Shown here piece by piece: positions 49,019 through 58,993 of a stretch of 64,000 bases of DNA. The notes below the pieces were generated by a model. That model was given only the letters and a program-made list of their open reading frames with translations. It ran no database searches and was not told the DNA's origin. The translations under genes and the position numbers were made by a program. The stretch comes from a bacterium (GTDB lineage: Bacteria; SZUA-182; DTGQ01; JAFGSM01), in the NCBI GenBank assembly GCA_049472335.1, contig JBLIRO010000003.1, positions 77,608 to 141,607 on the forward strand, read 5' to 3'. How positions within the stretch are numbered: the stretch's first letter is position 1; each line of letters begins with the position of its first letter.

Positions 49019-51598
49019 ATGGTATCACTTATAAGACATATTCTGGATATAACAAAACAGTATGGGGAAAAACCGGCTTTCATCTATTATAAAAAGGGTG
49101 AAGAAAAAATCCTTTCATACAATGGATTCAGAAGGCTGATCTATGCCTTTTCACAGACTATTCAGGAAAAGGACATCTCACCTCACAGCCTTGTACTTCT
49201 TGTAGGGGAAAATTCTCCCAAGTGGCCCGCCGCTTATCTGGGAGCGCATCTTTGTGGTCATACTGTTATTCACGGAGATATCAGGTTCACGGAAATCGAG
49301 TTCAGAAACATCCTTAATTTCACCGGGCCTTCACTCATTTTATGTGACAAAAAATTTGAAGGATATTTTAAAGATTATGAAAAAAAGATCCTTCTGGATG
49401 ATATCTCCCCTCTATCCTCTGATAATGAGATAAATATATCTTATCTTGATAACGTCCAGCCCATGTCGATCATACTCACCTCAGGCACCACCGGAAATCC
49501 AAAGGGGGTTATGCTGAGTGAATCCAATTTTATGTCCAATCTCAGAATGTTCGAATCAATGAAAGACCTTGTATCTTCAAAGGACAAAATTGTAGCCATA
49601 CTCCCTCTTCACCATGTCTATCCTTTCACGTGCACGGTTTTGGCGCCTGTTTATTTTGGCGCTACACTTATTTATCCCGCGTCATTGAAGGGAGAGGACA
49701 TCTTCGGGGCCATAAAAAAACACGAAGGGACGATACTCATTGCCATACCGAGGGTCCTGGAGTTATTTTGCAGCAATGTATTTGATAAGGTTTCGCTATT
49801 ACCCAAGGGAAAGAAATTCCTTTTCAAAGGCCTGTATTTTTTTTCAAGACTATCTACTTGTTCAGGGATAAGGTCCGGTAAGATCCTTTTCCATTCCATT
49901 CACAGAAATTTTCCTTCTTTTCGTTACTTTGCCTGTGGCGGGGCGCCATTGGATGTTATGGTCCATAAAAGACTCAACACACTGGGATTCAAGATTATTG
50001 AGGCATACGGTTTAAGTGAGACATCTCCCATTGCCGCCATGAATAGCCTTAAAAGGCCTGTTCCCGGTTCTGTGGGACAACCTGCCCCGGGTGTTGAAAT
50101 AAAATTAGAAAAAAAGGATCCCGTGCTGCAGCATGGCGAAATATGCATCAAAGGGCCCAATGTGATGATGGGATATTACAAGAGGCCTGACCTTACTGAA
50201 AAGGTCGTTATTAACGGATGGTTTCATTCGGGAGACCTCGGCTATTCTGATCCGAAGGGAAATATCTTCATAACAGGCAGGAAGGATGAGGTTATTGTCC
50301 TCTCAAACGGCAAAAATATCTATCCTGAAGAGCTGGAAAAACATTACGGACAGAGTCGGAAGATAAAAGAGATATGTATCATTTTGTTGAAGGAAGGCAC
50401 AAAAGAGTCTTTAACAGCAGTTGTCTATCCTGATAAAGAATTTTTCATTCAGCATAAAAATGCCAATATCTTCCTGGACATAAAATTCGACATTGAAACA
50501 GCGGCGCAGAAACTTCCTTCTTATCAGAGGATTTCACGCATAGAGATCTTTAATGAAGAATTCCCAAAAACAGCCCTTGGCAAGATCAAGCGATATAAGA
50601 TACTGAAAACAATTTACGAAAAGGCTTTATCTCCCGAAGAACAGGAAGAAAGTATCCCATTGGAGGAACAAGACCATTTTCTGGCCTTTGTAACGGATTT
50701 CCTGAAGCTTAAAAAGTTTCCGAAACTTAAAGACAATCTTGAAACGGATCTCGGGCTTGATTCCTTGTCAAAACTTGAGATTCTTTCGGCTTTGGAAAAA
50801 AGATATGATGTTAAGATAAGCGATGAAGAGGCCTCCGGGGCCTTCACCCTGGAGGATATCAAAAGGCTTGTTTCTGAAAGATCTCAGGTTGAAATGACTG
50901 CTCATGAAGAATCCCTGGAGGATAAAATACTTATTTCACCCGATCCCCCTCTGGAGAAACATGTAAGCACAGGGAGAAATCCTCTGGCAATCCTGGCCCG
51001 TTTCTTTTTCCATCTATTATTCAAGATCATTATTAAGATATTTTTTAAAGCAGAACTGGAGGGCAGAGAAAACCTAAAAGACCTTCATCCGCCTTTCATT
51101 ATTGCCCCGAATCATGTTTCCTATCTGGACGCTCTGATTATTTACGGTATGTTTCCCTTTAAGATAATCAATAATTGTTTTTTTATTTCTATTCCTCAGT
51201 ATTTTGCCATCTTTCCGCTTTCCATTATTCGAAAAATCGGACGTATCATATTAACCGGAACATGGGATACATCAGTCATATCACTTCAATATTCTTATCA
51301 GGCATTAAAATCAGGGAAGATCATGTGCGTTTTCCCGGAAGGAGGCCGTTCCATAGACGGGAATATAGAAGAGCCCAAAAAGGGGATAGGTTATGTGGCA
51401 AAGCAGAGCGGCGCCCCCCTCCTGCCGGTATATATTGACGGCTCCGGAGCCCTTTTATCGCGTAAAAATCCCGGTCTCCACAAGGCACATATAAGGGTCA
51501 GTATTGTCCCCCCAATATACCCCGAAGGGGCTGTCGAGGATTTTCTCTCAGAGTGGCGGGAAAAATTACAAAACTCCCATGATCAGAAAGATAATTAA
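49019..51598 (+). CDS. Acyl-activating enzyme, acyl carrier domain and PlsC-type acyltransferase fusion (Aas-like)
   Basis: TSGTTGNPKG, YGLSE, GDLG; LGLDSL carrier Ser; NHVSYLD and FPEGGRS. Confidence 0.92.
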   Translation: MVSLIRHILDITKQYGEKPAFIYYKKGEEKILSYNGFRRLIYAFSQTIQEKDISPHSLVLLVGENSPKWPAAYLGAHLCGHTVIHGDIRFTEIEFRNILNFTGPSLILCDKKFEGYFKDYEKKILLDDISPLSSDNEINISYLDNVQPMSIILTSGTTGNPKGVMLSESNFMSNLRMFESMKDLVSSKDKIVAILPLHHVYPFTCTVLAPVYFGATLIYPASLKGEDIFGAIKKHEGTILIAIPRVLELFCSNVFDKVSLLPKGKKFLFKGLYFFSRLSTCSGIRSGKILFHSIHRNFPSFRYFACGGAPLDVMVHKRLNTLGFKIIEAYGLSETSPIAAMNSLKRPVPGSVGQPAPGVEIKLEKKDPVLQHGEICIKGPNVMMGYYKRPDLTEKVVINGWFHSGDLGYSDPKGNIFITGRKDEVIVLSNGKNIYPEELEKHYGQSRKIKEICIILLKEGTKESLTAVVYPDKEFFIQHKNANIFLDIKFDIETAAQKLPSYQRISRIEIFNEEFPKTALGKIKRYKILKTIYEKALSPEEQEESIPLEEQDHFLAFVTDFLKLKKFPKLKDNLETDLGLDSLSKLEILSALEKRYDVKISDEEASGAFTLEDIKRLVSERSQVEMTAHEESLEDKILISPDPPLEKHVSTGRNPLAILARFFFHLLFKIIIKIFFKAELEGRENLKDLHPPFIIAPNHVSYLDALIIYGMFPFKIINNCFFISIPQYFAIFPLSIIRKIGRIILTGTWDTSVISLQYSYQALKSGKIMCVFPEGGRSIDGNIEEPKKGIGYVAKQSGAPLLPVYIDGSGALLSRKNPGLHKAHIRVSIVPPIYPEGAVEDFLSEWREKLQNSHDQKDN

Positions 51599-51784
51599 TA
51601 ATATCATTTGTATAAATTTTCCCCATTTTGCCGTAATTGTTATTCTAATTATCTGTCCCATATATATAGAAATTTAATCTTGATTTTTTAATCAAGAAGA
51701 TTAAACCCTAAATTCAAAATTTTATCTTTTTAAACGACTTATTAATAATCTCTTATTTTATGAAAAAGATGTGTCAGGTATCCA

Positions 51785-53180
51785 ATGAAAAATATTTTAA
51801 AATACTTTTTTATATATTGCCTTTTTTGTTTTATTGTTTTTTTTATTCTGTTGCATACAAAAAACCTCTCTATCCCAATAGCAAATGCACAAATTGAGTA
51901 TAATCTCTCTGGAAGATTTCATCCTTTCAGCTCATTTTCTCAATATCCTTATTATGCTTCATATCTGAACAATACCTGGAAACCATATTTTCCTTCAACT
52001 ATCCAGGGAAACGGTTTTTTTTTATTCAATCCTTATGCGGCATCTTACTTTCCCATTGAATGGCGACCCTTGATGTCCAATTCAGCACCTGTTTTTACAC
52101 TGCCGTTTTTTTTTAATTCATATGAAACATTTTTTCCCCATAACTTTGATAATTTCCAAACTGCAAATTCCTTTACCCCTTTCTATAAATCTGTTCCATT
52201 CACTTCTTTGCCATATGTAATGCCATGGAATATAAATATTCCCCGGAATTTATTAATCACTCAGAATATTTCACCCTTTCCCAGACCGGAAGAGCTTTCT
52301 GAATATCCGATACCTGAAGGCATTCCTCAGAAGAGAAAAAAAAACGCTGAAAAAGGCTTTGGATTGGATCTTCGAAAACACAACGGATTTAACAAGCACT
52401 ACTGCCTCGGAAATCGGAGAGGAGATAATACTCTTTTACCAGCTTTTCCGCCGAGCGCAGTCGCAAGAAGCAAGAGACTTTTGCAGAAAATTTATAGATT
52501 TCAGGATCAAACAGATAGTTGATTCCGGAAGGCTTAATAATCCTACACCTGGAGAGACTACTGTATTTTTAAATGTTACTGAGATAATGTTGAAACTGGA
52601 GCTTTCCCTTTTTGACTATAAATCCTTTATTAATCAAAAAGTATTAACAAATCCTGAAATCTTCAATCCTGGTTTTGATATATGGAATGTATCTATTTTA
52701 GAAAGATTGGGATTCAATCCCCCTGCCCCTTTAATATCCCTTATACCAGACAGCTCTATTGTCGAGGAATTCCAATCAGGGAACCTGATTCGCTTGTTGG
52801 ACTATCAGGGTACAGACATCATCCTGATAAGGGCGCTGTTTTCCTATATTATCCATGAAATTTTTCCGTTAACAGGCTTCGGAGAAACCCCTTTAATGAT
52901 GATCACTCCAGATCAGAAGGAATTTTTGAAATACCTAATTGACAAAGGTATTATTTATTTCATTCAGGCTGACGATTTGGATATGGTGGGTGAACTGCTG
53001 ATATGCGCAAATATGATAGATATTAACGATCAATCATTAATGGAGACTGCTTACCAATTTATTATTGATAATCAAATCGCAGACGGCTCATTCGGTGAGA
53101 TACAACGTTTTATTGAAATGGGGCGAAGCAATGCGTCACGGCACACAGTTTATGTAGCTGTGTGGGCCATGATCCTTTAA
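51785..53180 (+). pseudogene. Probable single exported-protein gene split by a frameshift in an A9 tract (ORFs 51785-52522 and 52359-53180)
   Basis: Removing one A from 52336-52344 gives ...PQKRKKTLKKALDWIFEN...; the C-terminal part has a Q.ADGSFG motif reminiscent of alpha/alpha-toroid QW repeats. Confidence 0.7.
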
Positions 53181-53354
53181 CGTTTAACAGATTTATTTTT
53201 ACAAAAACATCCATGCCATTCGACAACCGTCTAAATTGGAATTCCGTTTCATAAAAGTATTTATTCAAAAGTTCCGAAATATTAATAAGTGAAATGATAA
53301 TATGCTGAGATCAAGGCTTTAAATAATCATTCAACCTTAAATGGAGAAGAAAAA

Positions 53355-54080
53355 ATGAAAAAACTAGCAATCGTCTTAATTTTTGTTTTGGCTTTTTGTT
53401 TTACAGCGCACGCATCCGATATCGCTATAGACCCTGCCAAAGGCTTACTACAATCCGAATTCGAGGAAATGTGCAAGGAACTTGGTTTTGCCATTAATTA
53501 TATGCCATTGACCCCTGCGGCGCCTTTGGGTACTTTAGGCTTCAATATCGGCATAGAAGGCACATTCCTGGATATAGAACAAGCCAGCCCTTATTGGCAA
53601 AAGGTTACTACTGACAACCCCCCTGATTATTTCCCGATACCGAAGCTACATATACAAAAAGGCCTGCCCTTTAATATTGATTTGGGTGCAATATATTCAC
53701 AGATTTCAGGAACTAATGTCTCTTTAATAGGCGGCGAATTAAAATGGTCTCTCTTAAAAGGCTCACCTGTCACACCTGCATTTTCAGTAAGAGGCTCTTA
53801 TACCAAACTTAATGGCGTAGACACATTAGATCTGGAAACAATGGGATTTGACGCATCAGTCAGTAAAGGATTTGCTATTTTCACCCCTTATGCAGGTGTA
53901 GGCCAGCTCTGGATTAAAGCAGAGGAAAAAGCAGGCATAGGCCTTTCAAATGCAAATGAGCAGTTGACCAAGGTATACGCAGGTATCAAATTCGATCCCT
54001 TTCCCTTGGTAAGCCTCACGGCAGAGGTTGATTACGCTGAAATAATGGCTTACAGCTTGAGATTTAGTGCGAACTTCTGA
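53355..54080 (+). CDS. Probable outer-membrane beta-barrel protein
   Basis: Signal peptide AHA-S, alternating amphipathic strands, terminal Phe (YSLRFSANF). Confidence 0.7.
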   Translation: MKKLAIVLIFVLAFCFTAHASDIAIDPAKGLLQSEFEEMCKELGFAINYMPLTPAAPLGTLGFNIGIEGTFLDIEQASPYWQKVTTDNPPDYFPIPKLHIQKGLPFNIDLGAIYSQISGTNVSLIGGELKWSLLKGSPVTPAFSVRGSYTKLNGVDTLDLETMGFDASVSKGFAIFTPYAGVGQLWIKAEEKAGIGLSNANEQLTKVYAGIKFDPFPLVSLTAEVDYAEIMAYSLRFSANF

Positions 54081-54271
54081 TATTCAGAGTTTATTAAGGC
54101 TGAAAATATCCTCTCTCTTTAAGGTAGTTCTATTTCCTTTTACGAATATCCTGTTTTTTGGTATAATCATGCTGATCGCAATTTGTATTTAGCTTTTTAA
54201 AATTTGCATTTTCAATTTAGCACCTACTGGCTTATATTCTTTAAAATAAACACTTGTGCAAGGCGGCTTCA

Positions 54272-55183
54272 ATGAATAAGGAACTCCTTAATACCAGAGA
54301 ATTAGCGCAATATTTGGATATTAACGAAAAAAAGATTTACAGCCTTATTATGGAAAAGGGATTGCCTGCCACTAAAGTCACCGGGAAATGGCTGTTTCCC
54401 AAGCACCTTGTGGATACATGGATAGACAATAATATTCAGAACTATCCCTGGATGAAGGACAAAAAACCGGAAACATTCAATGAAGCCCTGATCATAACCG
54501 GCAGTAATGATATTCTTTTAGGTAATATATTATCCTTTTTCCAGAAAAAAAACAGGGATATCCTTCCTCTTTACAGCAGCATAGGGAGCATGAACGGAAT
54601 TAACGCCCTAAAAAAGGGCTGGTGTCATATATGTGCCGCCCATATACTCCAAAAAGAGGATGAAGAATATAATATTTCATATATCAAAGAGGTATTTAAA
54701 GAGGAATTTACAATAGTAAATTTTACTTATAGAACCCAGGGATTGATTGTGCAGGTTAATAATCCCAAGCATATCAAAGGCATTGAAGATCTTACCAGGC
54801 CGGATATAAGAATTGTTAATCGCCAATCCGGTACTGGTACAAGACTCCTTTTGGAATACGAACTGGAAAAATACAGAATAAACGCTCAGGATATTCAGGG
54901 ATATGATAATGTTTGTTTGAGCCATCTGGATGTTGGTATTGAGATATTATCCGGCAGGGCGGATATCGGCCTGGGAATACAGGCTGTTGCACAGATGTTC
55001 GGTCTCGATTTTATCCCTTTGAGGAAGGAAAGATTTGATCTGATTATCAGGAAGGAAATCTTTTCGGATATTAAGATACAAGCATTCATCAGTTTTTTAC
55101 GATCAAAGGATACTATTGAATATGGCAAAAGATTTATTGGTTATGATTTAACTGACATGGGAAGGATCGTTTACCAGGGATAG
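54272..55183 (+). CDS. Excisionase-type HTH plus molybdate/tungstate-binding-like domain regulator
   Basis: LLNTRELAQYL...LPATKVTGKWLF; GSND, GSMNG, NRQSGTGTR; next to tupABC. Confidence 0.85.
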   Translation: MNKELLNTRELAQYLDINEKKIYSLIMEKGLPATKVTGKWLFPKHLVDTWIDNNIQNYPWMKDKKPETFNEALIITGSNDILLGNILSFFQKKNRDILPLYSSIGSMNGINALKKGWCHICAAHILQKEDEEYNISYIKEVFKEEFTIVNFTYRTQGLIVQVNNPKHIKGIEDLTRPDIRIVNRQSGTGTRLLLEYELEKYRINAQDIQGYDNVCLSHLDVGIEILSGRADIGLGIQAVAQMFGLDFIPLRKERFDLIIRKEIFSDIKIQAFISFLRSKDTIEYGKRFIGYDLTDMGRIVYQG

Positions 55184-55243
55184 GTGATATCAGATATTAT
55201 AAAGTTATTATATCCACAATAAGTGGGATAATATACTGGTAAA

Positions 55244-56254
55244 TCAAAGGAGATGGACCGAGGATGCCTTAAAGGTAAGATAGACATGTGAACCAACATT
55301 CAAATCCATTTCCTTTAAAGATACTGCTGTAATCAATGCCCTGAATACCTCCGCAGATCTGACCTCCAGAAGAATACCGCCCCCCTGATCGGTAATATTC
55401 GTTATAACACCTTCAAAAAGATTCCTGGCGCTGGAGACAAAAGGTTTTTTTGAGACAATAATATTTTCTGGATCTATAGCAATATGTGTACAATTCATGG
55501 ACCGGGCTTCCCCTGAAATCCATATCTGAGTTTCTCCTGTATCAAAGCAGAGACCCTTCTGTTTCATATGAACACTGCCGGAAAACAGATTGTGCATCGC
55601 AGAGGGGACCAAAGATCCGTCAAAAATCGAAATCACGATCTCTGCCATTCTGTAAGCCTGTGAAAGATTATGGCTGGTCATTATGATCGTGGTTCCCTGC
55701 TCCCTATTTATCCTTGAAATGATTCCTTCGAAACGGCGCATGTGACGCAAATCAACATTGGCAGTTGGCTCATCCAAAAAAAGCACAACAGGCTCCAGAG
55801 CCAGCGCCCTTGCCAGTGCAACCAACTGGGCCTCGCCACCGGAGAGTTCTCTTGCCGCCCTTTTCTCAAAACCGGAAAGGCCCACCATATCAAGGGCACA
55901 CCGTACCCTGACTTCCCGTTCCTTCCTCGTAAGCTTTCTTGGGTACAACCCGTAGGCCACATTTTTGCCCACGGACATATTAAAAAGATAAGGGTTTTGA
56001 AGCACCATGGTCATTGATTTTATTAATCTTAGGCTGAAATCATCATTATATTGAACATGACGTCCTTCAAAAAAGACTTGGCCTTTGGATGGCTTAAATA
56101 AAAGGCTCATGATTGAGAGAAGCGTGGTCTTGCCGGACCCGTTAGGACCAACTATACAATAGGTTTTACCCTTTTCAACAAAAAGCTCCGGAACATCAAG
56201 GACCTTTTTCTCATTATAAAAGTGGATAATATTTTTCAACTCGATTATTTTCAT
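55244..56254 (-). CDS. tupC: Tungstate ABC transporter ATPase with TOBE domain
   Basis: GPNGSGKT, LSGGE, LDEPT, SARN...FKAS. Confidence 0.85.
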   Translation of the reverse strand: MKIIELKNIIHFYNEKKVLDVPELFVEKGKTYCIVGPNGSGKTTLLSIMSLLFKPSKGQVFFEGRHVQYNDDFSLRLIKSMTMVLQNPYLFNMSVGKNVAYGLYPRKLTRKEREVRVRCALDMVGLSGFEKRAARELSGGEAQLVALARALALEPVVLFLDEPTANVDLRHMRRFEGIISRINREQGTTIIMTSHNLSQAYRMAEIVISIFDGSLVPSAMHNLFSGSVHMKQKGLCFDTGETQIWISGEARSMNCTHIAIDPENIIVSKKPFVSSARNLFEGVITNITDQGGGILLEVRSAEVFRALITAVSLKEMDLNVGSHVYLTFKASSVHLL

Positions 56255-56282
56255 ATCCTTGTAATCAATACCGCCTGAAGAT

Positions 56283-56975
56283 TCATGATTCTTTCATCTG
56301 AAAATAATGAAACAATATATTTATTGTAAAAACTGTAAGCAGAAGGAAAAATCCCAGTGCAAGCCCGAAACCGAATTCTCCCTTGCTGGTTTCAAGGGCA
56401 ATAGCCGTTGTCATTGTCCTGGTATAGTATCTGATATTTCCTCCCAGCATCATCGCAGAACCGACCTCCGATACGGCCCTGCCATACCCCACAATGATAG
56501 CAGCAATGAGGGCAAATCTTGCTTCCATCAGAATAGTCCATGTTGTCTGAATCCTCCCTACCCCAAGTGTCTTCGCTGTCAAAACGGCCCTGTGATCCAC
56601 CGATTGAACAGCTGAAACTGTAAGGTTTATGATAATCGGCAGGGACAGAACAAATTCTCCAAGGATAACGGCCTTTGGAGAAAATAAAAGATTTAAAAAG
56701 CCAAATGGCGCGCTCCTGGATAGAAATGAGTAACCGATGAGGCCAACTACAACAGTAGGAAGTGCCATGGCCGTATTAAGCACGGTTATTAAAAAAGACC
56801 TGCCCCTGAACCTTTTCGCCCCCACCACAAAACCAATCGGTACGCCTATAACAACAGCCAGTAGCGTAGCGATGAGTGAGAATCTCAGGGAGCGCAAAAC
56901 AATGCCATAGACTTCCTTATCAAGAGAAAGGATTAACCGGATAGAGGTTTTTATGGCATTCCATAAAAAAAACAT
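56283..56975 (-). CDS. tupB: Tungstate ABC transporter permease
   Basis: LPTVVVGL, GRAVSEVGSAMMLGGNI, TRTMTTAIALET. Confidence 0.9.
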   Translation of the reverse strand: MFFLWNAIKTSIRLILSLDKEVYGIVLRSLRFSLIATLLAVVIGVPIGFVVGAKRFRGRSFLITVLNTAMALPTVVVGLIGYSFLSRSAPFGFLNLLFSPKAVILGEFVLSLPIIINLTVSAVQSVDHRAVLTAKTLGVGRIQTTWTILMEARFALIAAIIVGYGRAVSEVGSAMMLGGNIRYYTRTMTTAIALETSKGEFGFGLALGFFLLLTVFTINILFHYFQMKES

Positions 56976-57236
56976 TTCTTTTTATCCTAAAACCATATAA
57001 TTATAAAAATTGATGCGAAATTTAACCTATAATAACTTATATTGACAAAAAAGAACATTTTAAGCAATAATATCCAAAGATCCATGGGAATTCAACTTAA
57101 ATCATAAGCATACCCTAAACAATTGTTTAATGACCAAGAAGGAGGTGATCAAAACCCTTCCATTTGACCGAATCTTATTTTGCCAAAATCATATCATAAA
57201 AAATTCAGGATAATACATAGAAAGGATATACATAAA

Positions 57237-58055
57237 ATGAAAAGAATTATTTCAGTTATAATGGTTATAGCTATTTTATTCGGAATCTGCACATTGGTAA
57301 ATGCCCAGACCCAAAGGTTAAAGATATCCAGTACCACGAGCACGGATAATACTGGCTTGTTCGGAGTATTGAATCCTCCTTTTGAAAGGATGTTTGATTG
57401 CCGCGTGGATGTCATTGCCCAGGGAACAGGAAAGGCGCTCAAAACGGGTGAAATGGGCGACAGCGATGTTGTTTTTGTTCATTCCAGACCCGCGGAAGAT
57501 AAGTTTTTCCAGGATGGATACGGTGTAAATAGAAGGGATGTGATGTATAACGATTTTATTATTATCGGCCCCAAAGATGATCCTGCCGGCATAAAAGGGC
57601 TTAAAGACGCCTCCGAGGCGCTTCAAAAAATTGCGAATAGCCAGTCTAAATTCATTTCCAGAGGTGACGACTCAGGGACCCATAAAAAGGAAAAAGAGCT
57701 TTGGGAGAATACGGGTATGAAACCCGAAGGGCAGTGGTATATAGAGGCTGGTCAGGGTATGGGTGCGGTTCTCCAGATTGCAAATGAAATGAGGGCATAC
57801 TCTATGTCTGACAGGGGAACCTATCTTGCGTATAAAGATAAAATCGATCTTGATATTCTAACCGAAGGGGATCCGTCTCTTTTTAATCCATATGGTATAA
57901 TGGCGGTAAATCCCGCAAAGCACCCCACAGTAAATTATATTTTGGCCATGGCGTATATCGGTTGGGTAACCTCTCCCGAAGGACAAAAAATTATCAGGGA
58001 ATTCGGAAAAGATAAATTCGGCCAGCCTCTTTTCATACCTGTGGCAGTACCTTAA
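57237..58055 (+). CDS. tupA: Tungstate-binding periplasmic protein
   Basis: STTSTDNTG, GTGKAL, VH, MYNDF, SRGDDSGTH, DRGT, NPY. Confidence 0.92.
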   Translation: MKRIISVIMVIAILFGICTLVNAQTQRLKISSTTSTDNTGLFGVLNPPFERMFDCRVDVIAQGTGKALKTGEMGDSDVVFVHSRPAEDKFFQDGYGVNRRDVMYNDFIIIGPKDDPAGIKGLKDASEALQKIANSQSKFISRGDDSGTHKKEKELWENTGMKPEGQWYIEAGQGMGAVLQIANEMRAYSMSDRGTYLAYKDKIDLDILTEGDPSLFNPYGIMAVNPAKHPTVNYILAMAYIGWVTSPEGQKIIREFGKDKFGQPLFIPVAVP

Positions 58056-58213
58056 GCTGTCTAGTATTTAATATCTTTACAAGCCAGGACACGAAGACAT
58101 AACAGCATTATGTCTTCGTGTACACAATTTTACTAATTTTTTTCCGGCTTTGCGCCGAAAGAAAACTTTTTGTATCATTATAGCTTCTATGTGAAAATCT
58201 ATTTTAAGTTTTT

Positions 58214-58984
58214 TTGGTGACCATATATTCATTTTTTCAAATAGGGGTTTTAAAGATCGCACCGGGTAATTATAAATTCTTAACTGATCTCATTTGCATT
58301 GCCCATAGGGGGGCAAGCGGACATGAGCCGGAAAACACCTTATTATCCATAGAAAAGGCTTTGTCTTTAGGGGCACAATGGATTGAAATCGATGTGTACG
58401 CCGTTGAAAACGAGCTTGTGGTAATCCATGATGAAACACTGGAACGAACAACGAATGGTCAAGGATTCGTTGTGAATCAATCTTTGAAATACCTGAGATC
58501 GCTCGATGCCGGAAAAGGGCAGAGAATCCCTTTATTGAGAGAGGTGTTTGATCTTGTGGACAAACGAGCCGGGATAAATGTCGAGCTTAAGGGTCGAAAC
58601 TCTGCCTCCCCCGTATCTGCATTGATCGATGAATATATTAAAAATCACAATCTGACATATGACTCAATAATCGTATCCTCTTTTGATCATGATGAATTAA
58701 AAAAGGTTAAGGCTCTTCAGCCTGAAATTAATATAGGGGCACTTCTATCTTCAATCCCTGAGCATTTTGCCAGGTTTGCAGAGAGTATGGGCGCGTATTC
58801 TGTTCACATAAGTAAAAGGTCTGTAAACAAGCAGTTTGTTGATGATGCGCATGAAAGAGGAATAAAGGTCTTTGTCTTTACAATCAACTCCGGCGAAGAT
58901 GTTGCGCTGATACAATCACTTGGTGTGGATGGTATTTTTACCGATTATCCCGAGCTTTTGACATTGCCAAAAGGCCAGGGATAG
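58214..58984 (+). CDS. Glycerophosphodiester phosphodiesterase (start uncertain)
   Basis: AHRG, PENT, EIDV, HD..L.RTT, NVELK, DGIFTDYP. Confidence 0.93.
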   Translation: MVTIYSFFQIGVLKIAPGNYKFLTDLICIAHRGASGHEPENTLLSIEKALSLGAQWIEIDVYAVENELVVIHDETLERTTNGQGFVVNQSLKYLRSLDAGKGQRIPLLREVFDLVDKRAGINVELKGRNSASPVSALIDEYIKNHNLTYDSIIVSSFDHDELKKVKALQPEINIGALLSSIPEHFARFAESMGAYSVHISKRSVNKQFVDDAHERGIKVFVFTINSGEDVALIQSLGVDGIFTDYPELLTLPKGQG

Positions 58985-58993
58985 ATCCTTGAA

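Noticed and set aside
56976..57236. Moco/Wco riboswitch upstream of tupA or tupB
   Set aside because: I could not identify the conserved multi-stem motif by eye; an Rfam scan would be needed to exclude it fully.
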